Position numbers and translations under genes: made by a program. From the NCBI GenBank assembly GCA_051362555.1, contig CM120641.1:22946401-23010400 (forward strand): a stretch of DNA of 64,000 bases, read 5' to 3'. This document shows positions 51,481 through 63,062 of this stretch, in pieces. This DNA comes from Lingula anatina (Eukaryota > Animalia > Brachiopoda). Position 1 is the stretch's first letter. The number at the start of each line of letters is the position of its first letter. The notes beneath the pieces were generated by a model. The model did no database searches, was not told the origin of the DNA, and saw nothing but the letters and a program-made list of their open reading frames with translations.

Positions 51481-54400
51481 TCGTTGTGCAAACCACTGCC
51501 GTTTTGTTATATTACATTTACTTGCATCAAGGGTTTGCTTTTTAATAATTCTATTATACCCAGATTGTCAATATAAAGCGCTTTTACTAAATATTTACTA
51601 TTCTACAGTAGGACCCTAGCTTTTAGACCCAGTTATTCTGTATAACGGGCGGACTCTGTTTCGTGATAGCTGTCATGAAACGTAGGGTCCGGTTAAATGC
51701 AGGGTCCGGGGGACCCTGTATATTATATCCAATTACCATGATACAAGGTCCGGGACCCGTTATTTCAGAAACCAAACTTTCTGTCATGGGGGACCTTCTG
51801 GTACATGACACCGAGAAGAAAGGCACCGAAAGCCCTATTGACAAGCACAGCTTTTACTTTTACTACAATAACAGCCGTTTGAGTGGTGAAGTGCAATATA
51901 ATATATTTCCACGTGTTGTTTAGAATCATGTATTTCTTGCGGAATTTTGAATCTCAAAAGAAGAGTTATTATTGCTTTAACTAGTGCCTGAGAAGGACTC
52001 TGGTCCTTCAGGCTTCAACTCAAATGGTTCTTTTGTTGAAAGTAAATCTCGTCTATTCCTTCTTAATACAGTTCCATTTTCAAGTTCAACATTAAAAGAA
52101 TTTGGAGAATTTTCCTCTAAAATTCTACCTTTATCACTCCAAACACCTGTATTTCTTTCTCTGCGAACTCTTACAACATCACCTTGGTTTTAACAGTTTT
52201 GCACCAACATCATAATATTTTTTATTTTTAATCATTTTCCATATTCCTAATCAAATCATTGTTTCTATGTTCAACTGCATCTGGTAATCTATTTCTAACT
52301 TTCCTTCCCATCATTATTTCTGAAGGACTATTTTCACCAGACAAAGGTGTAGTTCTATAATTCAAGTAATTCCTTACATGTTGGATCAGGCATATTGTTT
52401 ATAGCACTGACTTTACATGGATCTGGCTTTATACCATGTTCTGTAAGACAGTCACCTAGAAATGTTAAAGCATTACAATTTATTTCACATTTGTCTCCAT
52501 TGAGCTTCACACCTGCTTTCTGTACGATATTCATCACACGTAAAATACTGTTATGCTCTGACCATGTTTCAGCATAAATCACTATACCATAAAAAACTCA
52601 CATTTTTCTCATTTTCAAATAACTGAGCAATCTTAGCATGAAACATCTCTGGTGCACTTTTCACCCCATATGGCATCCTAAGAAATGAATATCTACCAAA
52701 CGCTGTAGTTACTGTACACAACCTAGAGCTTTGCTCATCTAACTAAAGGTTATAGAAACCATGGCAAAGGTCCAGTTTTGAAAAACACTTGGCACCTGCC
52801 ATGTCACGCTCTATTTCAGATTTCTCTGGTAAATGATAATGTTCTCGGCAGACATATTCATTCAATCTTAGAGGATCCATGCATATTCTAAGGTTACCAT
52901 TAGCTTTTTCAACTAATACTAAGGGAATTACCCGGCTGTGGGACCATCTGTTTTCTTTATTATGTTCTGACTTGCCAATCTTTCCAACTCTTTCTGGAGT
53001 TTATCTCTCAAAGCAAAAGGTACTTTACGAGCTGCACACATTATTGGCTTTGCATTGTCTTTGAGTTTAATACAAACTTCAACTTCCAGGCAACCAATGC
53101 CTGTAAATACATCCCTGTACTTTTCTTTGATGTATTCCTTAGTTAAACCACCCTTTGTAATACCATATACTTTTCTGACATCTCTAGTTATTATTACTAA
53201 ACCACATTTTTCACTATCTCCTGCTCCAAGTATTGATACACAACCTTGGTTTGCTACATAACATTTTACATCATTTATTTTCTTTCCTGACTTTAGAGTC
53301 AGATTTACATAACATATACCCTTTGTAGCAATGCTAGTATTGTTATAAGCACTCAGTTTAGTGTTAGTACTGTACAGTCTCGGTTTATGTCTTAACAAAT
53401 TGTACTCGTCAATACTCAGAATGTTCACCTGAGAGCCACTGTCTATTTTCAAGGGTATAACTTTGCCATTCACACTCACTGGAGCTATCCACTCACACTT
53501 TGATCTGTCAGTTCTGACTGTAGAAACAAATAGTTCTTCTTCATCTTCTTCATCAGATACAGCATTCAGAGCATGTACTTTACCGTCTGTTCTACATTTA
53601 TTTACAAAATGGCTCCATCCTTTGCTTTTTCTACACATCTTGCCCCATGCCGGGCACTTGTATTTATTGTGGTTACCGCCACATCTGCAACAGTCTTTAT
53701 GTGAAGACTTACTGTTATGAGGCTTGTCACTACTACGTGGGATTTCATGGCTTTGACGACTTTTACCGGTGGCTTCTAATGCTTTACTTCTTTTATAACC
53801 ATGGCTGACCTTCTTACTACGCACCGCATTGACCGCCGCCTCTGAAGAAGACCCGAAGGTTTTCATTTGCTCCTGGCCATGCACGTCTGTACGGCTTTCT
53901 GGAGGGTTAGATCTTCCATGCGGAGTTTTTCTTTTAGTCTGAGGTGTCTGATGCCGACAACGATCTGGTCTATGATCATTTCTTCTTTTAAAATGCCAAA
54001 GTTACACGTATCTGCTTTGTTTTTGAGATCCGTTACGTACATGTAGTGCTCAAAAGTTTCACCGACTTGCTGATCACGTGTTCTGAAACAGTATCGTTCA
54101 TTTTTCATTCTTCTTCGGTTCACAGAACCTCTTAAAATTTTCAACCTTCTCAAAGATCTTTTCGTCTCCCTCTTCGTCATAAGTGAAAGTGCGGTTAAGG
54201 TCCTGGGCCTCACCCCCAGCCACTGTTAAAAGCAATCCGATTTTTCTCGCGTCTGTAGCTTTGCTGGCGTCAATGGCCTCTAAATACCAGTTGAATTGTT
54301 CTTTGAACTTCCGCCAAGCCACAGAAATATTCCCGCTCTGCAAGAAGGAGGATTGATGCGCTCCATTATCAAAAGACAAACTGTCTCAATTACTAACGAT

Positions 54401-54550
54401 TGCGCGGATTTACTTCTGTTACCATGTAACAACGTGACTCCAAGATGGCGTGGTGTCGTCAAGCGTCTTTATTACGTAACACAAATAGGTCAATCAATGA
54501 CAACCAAGTAACTATAACAAAACAAACAAATAAGTGATAGATACAATACG

Positions 54551-54645
54551 AGTCGCCGAGCTGTACGTGAAATATTACGAGTGTATTGGCGAGCCACAGG
54601 CGAGACAATACACGAGTAATTTTCACGTACAGCTCGGCGGCGACT
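54551..54645. repeat. ~95-bp imperfect palindrome
   Basis: gccgagctgtacgtgaaa..ttac..gtgtattg / caatacac..gtaat..tttcacgtacagctcggc. Confidence 0.8.
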
Positions 54646-56831
54646 AGTAGCGCAACAGACCGTGGAACGCACTCGTACATGACGTGCTTGTATGTCGAAT
54701 ACAGCACAGCTGATACGAGTCTTTTGTTCTACGCGCTAGCCGTGGTTTAAATATATATACTGACAGTCAATGAAAACGGATCAGAAAACGTTCTTGTACT
54801 TTGTTACCGAGAATCGATTCCAACCTTAAAACGAGTACAAATGCACTTGTTAGGTCATAAGAGAGTGGGCTGACCACTCGGATGTTTAAAATTTCCGCTT
54901 CAGTGATTTTGTGAACAGCTGTTATAAAATCATGTGTTTTTCCAGTCTCGTGATTGGTGTGAATTAATCAGGTTCAATATATGGTGATTAATTAAGCCTA
55001 TTTAAGGTAGTCTCCAAATCCAGTATGACACAAGACAAAAAAATTCAGTGATGCCATGTCTGACACTGAAAGAGCGACTGCGGGCCCTGGTGATGATGGA
55101 GGCTGGGCGGAACCAAAGAGATTTGATCACGTGACCTTGTATTTTAATGACCTTTTCATTTTCTTAATGTGCCAAAGGAACTTACAATATTATTTGATAA
55201 ATAAATGATGCGTTTTCATCATTGATCATAGTATTTATATAGATGGCTACACAAATAGATATGTGCGTCGTGTTTCGTAATCAATTTACCAGGTTTGATC
55301 TACACGGGTCCGTGTATGGGGGGGGGGGGGGGGGGGGGAGCAAAGTGATTTCTATTTCGTCAGAAAATGAAAAAAACGGCTGTTTTTCCTTTTCATTTGA
55401 TACAAATGGACAAAATGTAATGGAAAATGAAACTCAATTTTCGTTTTTCCATTTAAAATGAAAAATAGATAAAAATGAAACTGTAACTCAACGGTCGGTG
55501 TATGGGGGGGCAAAGTGATTTCCATTTCGTCAGAAAATGAAAAAACGGCCGTTTTTCCTTTTCATTTGATAAATTGTCAAAATGAAATGGAAAATCAACC
55601 TTGATTTTCGTTTTTCCTTTTAAAATGAAAAATGGAAAAACGAGATTATTTTTCGTTTTTTCCGCTTTTTTATGACATAAAAAAAAAACAAAAAACGACA
55701 GATTTCCAAACGTGATAGAAAATAGAAACATCCACTGTTTTCCCATGTCAAGAGAGTGAAATATATTAGAAAATACGTCCTTTTCTCCTTCTGTGAAGAA
55801 ATGAAGTATCGAAGCATGTTTATTTTTTGCCATTATGGTTTCAATGGAAAAACGGAAGTCAGTTCGTTTTTCTGATTTTCATTTTGGAAATAAAACTTGG
55901 AAAACGGAAGTATATAAAGACATACAGACAGAAAAATGGCAGCCCTTGAAACTTTGACTTCACGAGACTAGGATTATTCCTGGTTTTGTATAAGTATTCG
56001 GAGATTTAGTAAATTACTTTAAGAAAAATGAATTAAGTAATTTCAGAAATTCTATAAACTGTGGACAATTATGGAAAAACAATGCGCCCTCGCTGTGTGT
56101 CGTTCAGAAATATGAAATAGGCCCCTAGGTAAGTGTCTAGGTCAAAGTGGAGAAGAGATGAAGGTTGGATCTGTTTCTGTAAGGACTTTTTGTGACAAGA
56201 TTTTGATAGAAAGTAGAAATTTTTATCATGAGAGAAATATTTGAATGTTTATGAAGTCGCCTGGACTGTAGTGCTGGTATAGCCTCAATTGATGTTCTTT
56301 TAACTAAGTAGGCCTACTGGTGCGTGCGACTGGGCAAAGCAGTTATGTAGCTGCACAAATTTTGTAGCTGTGTTTCTGTGGATAACACTGGATAAATTAA
56401 TAAAATGTTTGTTAGAATCTTTACACCCCTGCGTGTTGTTGCTCTTGAATGTTATTGTTCCTTAGTCAAAAAAGTTATTGAGTTAGTTTTTACAAACCTA
56501 CAGGGCCCTTTGCGCAATGCATTTGCGTTATTATCTTATGTACGTAATCACAAACTAATAAACAAATTATGTATTTCCTCTTCCTAAACATTTTAATGCA
56601 ACCTTTGGGGGGGGGGGGGGTATTTTATTTTATAAAAATTCACACATTTGCATCTTGAGTTTGACTCTCTTTTTTAATGCAATACGAGCGTTGGGACGGA
56701 CAATCTCAAATATTCGTCGTGTTGATAAAAATAAGCTGTACATAGAAGGAAAAATAAGTGCAAGATTTCTCTCTTGTTTCAGTTTTTACTGCTGTTACTG
56801 TACAAACCAGCAACTAATCAGGTAACAAAAA

Positions 56832-57165
56832 CAGGGGTGGATCCAAGATTATTTGAAGGGGGGGGGGGGGGGGAGTCCGCGGGTAAGCGTGTCATTGTTG
56901 TAATATTATAATATATTAATATTTAACCTTTCAAAAAAATAAAGATGTTCAAAAAACAGTCCTTGGATGCGAAGCCGACCCTCTGGCGTGGGTTTCGGGG
57001 CCCGCTGAAAGGCATTTTAGAGAGTACCATTTGGTATGGTTTACAACTATGATTCATCTGGTGAAAATTCTAATTTCAAGAGGGGATCATTGGTGTGATA
57101 TTTTTCAAAAATCGAAAGGGTGGGGGGGGGGGGGATATCAGGATCCCCACATAAATCCGCCACCT
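56832..57165. mobile_element. hAT-type MITE
   Basis: caggggtggatcca ... aaatccgccacct imperfect TIR with G-tracts inside both ends. Confidence 0.55.
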
Positions 57166-57407
57166 AAAATGTTCACCAACCTGTATCGATCAACTGTATC
57201 GATCTTCTGAAGGAGTGAATGAGTATATCATCTAGTAAGGTCTTGACTCCCTAGCCCGTAGCTATGTTTCAAGCATAATTAGATGTTTTGAAGGTACATT
57301 AAATGAATATGACATGAATAAAAAACTAAGACTTTTAGTTTAAGAGAAAGTCTTTAACCCTCCCCCCCCCCCCCCCCCCCCCCCCCCCCTTAATCATAAA
57401 ATGTTCC

Positions 57408-58228
57408 TGTAGCGGACCACGAGTAATTGAAGCAACACCATTGGATAATACTGCCGTTTATTCACGCAGTGAACAGAACTGAACAGAATCTGAACAGAAA
57501 CTGAACAAAAACTGAACAGAAACTGGACAAAACTGGTGAAAACTATAAAAAGAAAAGAAAAAAAAAATTATAATAACAATACAGTGAAATAAAGATAAAT
57601 AAACTATATATACTAAACAACTTAATTTATGTGATCTTAACAACAAATAATTGATCTTTGCATGTGTGTAAGTTTTTACTATTTATTATTTAATTTTAAA
57701 ACACTCACACTAAGACAATATCCAGACTCGCTTTCTCCGCTAGCAACTGGCTGCTCAGATACGGCCATAGCAATCTGAGCTGGTACTGTAAATTTATTTG
57801 ATAACATAAATATACATGTGCGTGTTGGTCATGAAAATGCCACTCCCATACTAACATCAACTTTAATAAACACGATGCTCATAACTTATGTTACTGATTA
57901 AACTTAAGTAAACTTATGTAAACTTTTGTAAACTACACAAAATATCTCTATATAAGTGAATTACACTTTATTTAACACAAATTTTACACAATCTACACGT
58001 AATATCGTAACATACCTCCACTCTGCCAGTAAGTATATAAATGACCGCGCAGAGTACATGCAACATCGGCTTTTATACAGTTCATCACATGACTAGATGA
58101 ATAGATGTTACTTAATATTGAGCAGTGTTCTAGTGTCTTCTCTAACACAATATAAATAAACATAAGAACAGCGTGGAAAATATAAAATAAAAATGATAAC
58201 GTATATAATTTCTGCCGTGTCGGCAACA
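57408..58228 (-). repeat. BEL/Pao LTR (821 bp), 3'-most LTR
   Basis: Minus strand TGTTGCCGAC...GTCCGCTACA (8/10 inverted termini); no difference from 62117-62937 seen by eye. Confidence 0.9.
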
Positions 58229-58240
58229 CTCCGCATTTTA

Positions 58241-58283
<43 letters not shown>

Positions 58284-58350
58284 TAACATCACATTTGCAA
58301 TATATATACACTATATGTATGTACACTGAAAGATCATACAATCCACATTT

Positions 58351-61300
58351 TCAAATTGCATTTTTAAACATACAAATATCTGAAGCGTTGTCATTCCCTT
58401 CCAATAAAACAAGTTTTGTGATAGGTCTAGTATACGTGGACGTTTTAGTGCGAATGACTGCACTTCGAATTAAACCATCTCTACCGACGTTGGTGCTTTC
58501 TACTATGGCCAGAGGCCAAAGTCCACGAGGAATTGATTTGTCTACTTCAAGGACAATGTCACCGACTTTCAAATTCCTCTGAATGCAATGCCATTTTGAA
58601 CGTGCCTGCAGTGTAGGTAAATATTCTCGAGTCCATCTTTTCCAAAATTGAGACACCAGAAATTGGACATGCCTCCACAGCTTTCTGTAAGTGTCAGCAA
58701 TATCAAATTTTCCCCATGGATAGGAAGGAATTCCTCTGATTGCTAACAAATGATTTGGTGTGAGCGCATCACAATCATTCATATTCTCACTGATTTTAGT
58801 AATGGGTCTTCCATTTACTATACACTCACATTCGCACAATACAGTCTGCAAAGACCAATCGGTTAAAGACTTAGCACAGTTTGCCAGCACAGCCATCAAA
58901 ATTTTTCTTATTGTCCGAATCATTCTCTCCCATACACCACCATAATGAGAAGCGTGTGGTGGATTAAAAATCCAATCAATTCCCTTTCGTCTCATTTCTG
59001 ACATGATCTTTACTTTGTCTAACTGCCGTAAACATTTGTTCATTTCATTCACCGCCCCTACCAAGTTTGTGCCGTTATCACTGTAAACTTTTGTGGGACA
59101 ACCGCGTCTCGATACGAATCGTATGAAACCGTTGAGAAATGCGCTTGTTTCTAAATTTTCTAACACCTCCAAGTGAATCGCTCTTGTTTTAAAACACGTG
59201 AAAACGCATCCGTAGCGTTTAACTTCTGAGCGACCTACCCTGACTTTGAGAGGTCCAAAAATATCGATTCCAACTACATCAAAGGGGGGACCTCCTCCAG
59301 AACACCTATCACCGGGCAAATCAGCCATTTTTTGAATCATTGGCGACGCATACAAACGCCTACATACAACACACTCTCTTTGTATCTTTCTCACCAAGTT
59401 TCTATCACCCACTATCCAAAATCTTCTTCGTATCACACTTAGAGTCCATTCCGTACCTAAATGTGCACTTTCATGCGCTTCTCGAGCAATCAAATTGGAA
59501 ACAACATGCTTTCTAGGTAAAATCGATGGTTGCTTACACTTCAGTGCAGAATGAATTAGTCTACCACCGACAACTAGTGTGTCATTCTGAAGGACGGGAG
59601 AAAGATCGTGAATTTTACTTGATTTCGAAACTTGGCCTGTTTTGTTTAGAGACTTTAACTCGTGAGAGAAACTGTCTCTTTGTACCGCCTTGATGATTTC
59701 ATCTTCCGTGATTTTTAGTTCAGCCGCAGTAATATGCCCTTTGTCTAGCGTCTTTGAGCAAGGGAATTTCTTAAATTTCTTAAGCTTTGAAACATTGTCT
59801 TTGTATGGGTCATACAGGCGTTCATTTGTGAGTTTCCTTTCTAAATTTTGCTGCCCTTTAACGGCCACACACCGATTGTTAGGAAATTTCGCGCAATTGT
59901 CTTTCCACGGGATTGGAAGAACATAATGACCGTCTTTCATGGAAACATTGTTTTCCCATAAACGGAGCACACTTTTGTCTTCATGAGACAATTTTGTCCC
60001 CTTATCAATACCATCCCAACATCTGCCCTGAATTACATTCACAGACAAATAATTTACAGAGACATGAGGATTGAACGTATCATCTACCAACCCGTTGATA
60101 GTCCACCCTAAACGCGAACGCGCCGCGTATATGCCTGTTGTGCTATTTTCATCAACACGGACTTCTAATGGCATAATCAAATGGGCATTATCCATTCCTA
60201 TGATTATGTCAACTCCCTCTGCAGCAGTGCAGTTACTCAGAGGTATTCCCTTCAAATGCGGGAATGATTCCACATCAATCATGTCATTTGCTCTCACATT
60301 TACGCGAGGAATGACGAAAACATTTGACACGCGGTATTTCACCGACTTATTTTCAATTGGTGACGCGTCAAAAGAAACCACAGGTGATCGCGCGCTCCTA
60401 GAGCCGTCAATTGTGTTCAAATGATATTCCACGGTGCTTTTAGTGCTGAGCGCTGCAGTGGACACTAAACGCTCCGAAATAAATGATGAAGTCGACCCAC
60501 TGTCTAACAACGCTAATGCTTTGTGCACGCCATTTATCATCACTGAAACTATCGGTAGTTTCACGCTTTTGAGCTCGCCCGAATTAATACTGGTGTTCGT
60601 AATTTGACTTTGAGATCTGATTCGAGAATCACCGGCACTTTCCGTATGCGCGCGTGGAGGATTTTGCAACCTTGAATTTACATGAATGAACTTTGAATGT
60701 TTTTTACCGCAGCCCGGCACACTACAAACAGCAGGATTTCTGCAGTTACTTGCAAAATGTCCGGCAAACAAACAATTGAAACACAATTTATTTTGTCTCA
60801 CAACATTCAAACGTTCTTGCACTCCTTTCTCTTTAAAAGCACTGCACTGAGATAAATGATGTTGACTACCACACAACACACATGGGAAAATACCATTCTT
60901 TTCATTCGTCCTTTGATCAACAGACTGATCACACGGATGACGTACGGGACAGCCATTGATATTCGACCCAATCACGGAGTGTTGGGTAGAAACAGTAGCA
61001 GTTACAAAAGAGTGATTTGACACATTTGCATATACTGACTCACCACCGTACACTGGGTCACTAGCATCTGCAGCAGTTTTTACCATGAAATCTACAAATT
61101 CCTGAAATTTAGGATATCGATCAATTTTGTGTTTGATTTCTAATGCACGCTTTCTCCATCGCTCAACAATCCAACTTTTACACCTACCCAGAATCTCCAA
61201 TATGATCTTTTGATTTTCTATCTCACCTTTTAAGTTCAACTTTTCTAATGTTGTACACACAACTTGTAATTCATCAGCTAAACTCTGTAAATCTTTCACT

Positions 61301-62082
61301 TTCATAATCTTTTTACCATTTTTGAGATTTTCAATCAAAGAGCTAGCCACCAAATGATCATTTCCAAAACGGACCTTCAGAATCTGTCTGGCTTTGGTAT
61401 AACCCTCCAAGCCCCCAATTAATACGCAATTTTTAATTGCTTCTTTGGCAGAACCAGTTGTAAACTGTATTAATCTGTTTAATTTCATCTGAGGGTCTTT
61501 CATTTTTGAATCGATCATTTCGTCAAAAACCGTCATAAAATAATGAAAATTTTTGGCGTCTCCTTCAAATTTATCAATTGAGCAATGTGGGGTGTTTAAA
61601 AAAGTAAACAAACTTGCTTCATTGATTAAACTTGTTTCTGATTCATTTGACTTTTGCTTAAGAGAGTTTAAAAAAGTCATACCAAGTTTGATACCCTTGA
61701 TTACTTTTTCTTCCACTTCCCGAAACCAATCTTCGCTTGCATCCATCTCTTCCTCGTCCAGATAACTGTGGTATTCATCATGAGCAGCCTCGAACGAAGA
61801 AAACGTCTCTTTCAACTGGTCAACCTTGCTGGCTACCATTTGAGTGTCCTCAGCAGCAACTGCCCTCTCGATGGCACCCAAGCACTTCGTCACGGCACCT
61901 TTTCGCGCCCGTCGTAGTTTTGACAGTCTGTCAATGTCCGGCTTTTCCTCTCCTGAGTCAGTCATGGTCTGGTGTGACGGTGAAACAGCGTGTACCCTCG
62001 GGGAAACAAGATTAGCACTTGTCGAGTTCTCCGGTGTATCCCAACCTCGGGATGGCAAGTTTTCCTCTAGAGAACCCTCCAA
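58351..62082 (-). CDS. BEL/Pao Gag-protease-integrase polyprotein lacking RT and RNase H (1243 aa from TTG; first ATG at 61965)
   Basis: Gag (KFEGD..F..F), three Cys/His knuckles (CVLCGSQHHLSQC, CFNCLFAGHFASNC, CSVPGCGKKHSKFIH), protease LLDSGS, integrase HHCC + GIDIFGP / SDNGTN / GGVWERMIR, and tail FWKRW..EYL..WPLA..RPITKL. No YxDD. Confidence 0.92.
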   Translation of the reverse strand: MEGSLEENLPSRGWDTPENSTSANLVSPRVHAVSPSHQTMTDSGEEKPDIDRLSKLRRARKGAVTKCLGAIERAVAAEDTQMVASKVDQLKETFSSFEAAHDEYHSYLDEEEMDASEDWFREVEEKVIKGIKLGMTFLNSLKQKSNESETSLINEASLFTFLNTPHCSIDKFEGDAKNFHYFMTVFDEMIDSKMKDPQMKLNRLIQFTTGSAKEAIKNCVLIGGLEGYTKARQILKVRFGNDHLVASSLIENLKNGKKIMKVKDLQSLADELQVVCTTLEKLNLKGEIENQKIILEILGRCKSWIVERWRKRALEIKHKIDRYPKFQEFVDFMVKTAADASDPVYGGESVYANVSNHSFVTATVSTQHSVIGSNINGCPVRHPCDQSVDQRTNEKNGIFPCVLCGSQHHLSQCSAFKEKGVQERLNVVRQNKLCFNCLFAGHFASNCRNPAVCSVPGCGKKHSKFIHVNSRLQNPPRAHTESAGDSRIRSQSQITNTSINSGELKSVKLPIVSVMINGVHKALALLDSGSTSSFISERLVSTAALSTKSTVEYHLNTIDGSRSARSPVVSFDASPIENKSVKYRVSNVFVIPRVNVRANDMIDVESFPHLKGIPLSNCTAAEGVDIIIGMDNAHLIMPLEVRVDENSTTGIYAARSRLGWTINGLVDDTFNPHVSVNYLSVNVIQGRCWDGIDKGTKLSHEDKSVLRLWENNVSMKDGHYVLPIPWKDNCAKFPNNRCVAVKGQQNLERKLTNERLYDPYKDNVSKLKKFKKFPCSKTLDKGHITAAELKITEDEIIKAVQRDSFSHELKSLNKTGQVSKSSKIHDLSPVLQNDTLVVGGRLIHSALKCKQPSILPRKHVVSNLIAREAHESAHLGTEWTLSVIRRRFWIVGDRNLVRKIQRECVVCRRLYASPMIQKMADLPGDRCSGGGPPFDVVGIDIFGPLKVRVGRSEVKRYGCVFTCFKTRAIHLEVLENLETSAFLNGFIRFVSRRGCPTKVYSDNGTNLVGAVNEMNKCLRQLDKVKIMSEMRRKGIDWIFNPPHASHYGGVWERMIRTIRKILMAVLANCAKSLTDWSLQTVLCECECIVNGRPITKISENMNDCDALTPNHLLAIRGIPSYPWGKFDIADTYRKLWRHVQFLVSQFWKRWTREYLPTLQARSKWHCIQRNLKVGDIVLEVDKSIPRGLWPLAIVESTNVGRDGLIRSAVIRTKTSTYTRPITKLVLLEGNDNASDICMFKNAI

Positions 62083-62116
62083 TATAACCCAGCCTTGGAT
62101 TGTCTTAGTTTTTCAC

Positions 62117-62937
62117 TGTAGCGGACCACGAGTAATTGAAGCAACACCATTGGATAATACTGCCGTTTATTCACGCAGTGAACAGAACTGAACAGAATCT
62201 GAACAGAAACTGAACAAAAACTGAACAGAAACTGGACAAAACTGGTGAAAACTATAAAAAGAAAAGAAAAAAAAAATTATAATAACAATACAGTGAAATA
62301 AAGATAAATAAACTATATATACTAAACAACTTAATTTATGTGATCTTAACAACAAATAATTGATCTTTGCATGTGTGTAAGTTTTTACTATTTATTATTT
62401 AATTTTAAAACACTCACACTAAGACAATATCCAGACTCGCTTTCTCCGCTAGCAACTGGCTGCTCAGATACGGCCATAGCAATCTGAGCTGGTACTGTAA
62501 ATTTATTTGATAACATAAATATACATGTGCGTGTTGGTCATGAAAATGCCACTCCCATACTAACATCAACTTTAATAAACACGATGCTCATAACTTATGT
62601 TACTGATTAAACTTAAGTAAACTTATGTAAACTTTTGTAAACTACACAAAATATCTCTATATAAGTGAATTACACTTTATTTAACACAAATTTTACACAA
62701 TCTACACGTAATATCGTAACATACCTCCACTCTGCCAGTAAGTATATAAATGACCGCGCAGAGTACATGCAACATCGGCTTTTATACAGTTCATCACATG
62801 ACTAGATGAATAGATGTTACTTAATATTGAGCAGTGTTCTAGTGTCTTCTCTAACACAATATAAATAAACATAAGAACAGCGTGGAAAATATAAAATAAA
62901 AATGATAACGTATATAATTTCTGCCGTGTCGGCAACA
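62117..62937 (-). repeat. BEL/Pao LTR shared between two tandem units
   Basis: Same sequence as 57408-58228; gag start lies on one side and the integrase end of the next unit on the other. Confidence 0.9.
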
Positions 62938-62949
62938 CTCCGCATTTTA

Positions 62950-62995
<46 letters not shown>

Positions 62996-63062
62996 TAACA
63001 TCACATTTGCAATATATATACACTATATGTATGTACACTGAAAGATCATACAATCCACATTT

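Larger units (their letters stand above)
49300..51976. mobile_element. Kolobok-type MITE, copy 3, expanded by ~2.3 kb of nested insertions
   Basis: TTAA-agtaataataactcttc...gaagagttattattgct-TTAA; both ends are homologous to 35436-35812. Confidence 0.75.
49011..54492 (-). mobile_element. Gypsy (Mag-like) LTR retrotransposon, decayed, with internal deletion of RNase H and most of integrase
   Basis: LTR segments caacgtgactccaagatggcgtggtgtc at 49017 and 54430; PBS TGGTAACAGAAG next to 54425; PPT at 49104-49116; gag (WRKFKEQF, ERYCFRTRDQ), paired Cys knuckles, protease IDSGSQVN, RT to ~52370 joined directly to the integrase tail RTTPLSGENSPSEIMMGR. Confidence 0.85.

Noticed and set aside
55300-55920. 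gaaaatgaaaa-rich region with a ~185-bp duplication and ORFs
   Set aside because: Low-complexity, probably the interior of a non-autonomous element; no termini could be defined.
57470-57535. gaacagaa(a)ct minirepeats as a separate element
   Set aside because: Internal to the BEL LTR and present in both copies.
58229-58288. Alternative LTR start at TGTTACA (58288)
   Set aside because: The TGTTGCCGAC start at 58228 pairs 8/10 with the other LTR end and follows a purine-rich tract, so it fits better.
57993-58582. Poly-F / poly-K ORFs (also 42764-43042 and 62702-63294)
   Set aside because: Produced by homopolymer A/T tracts.
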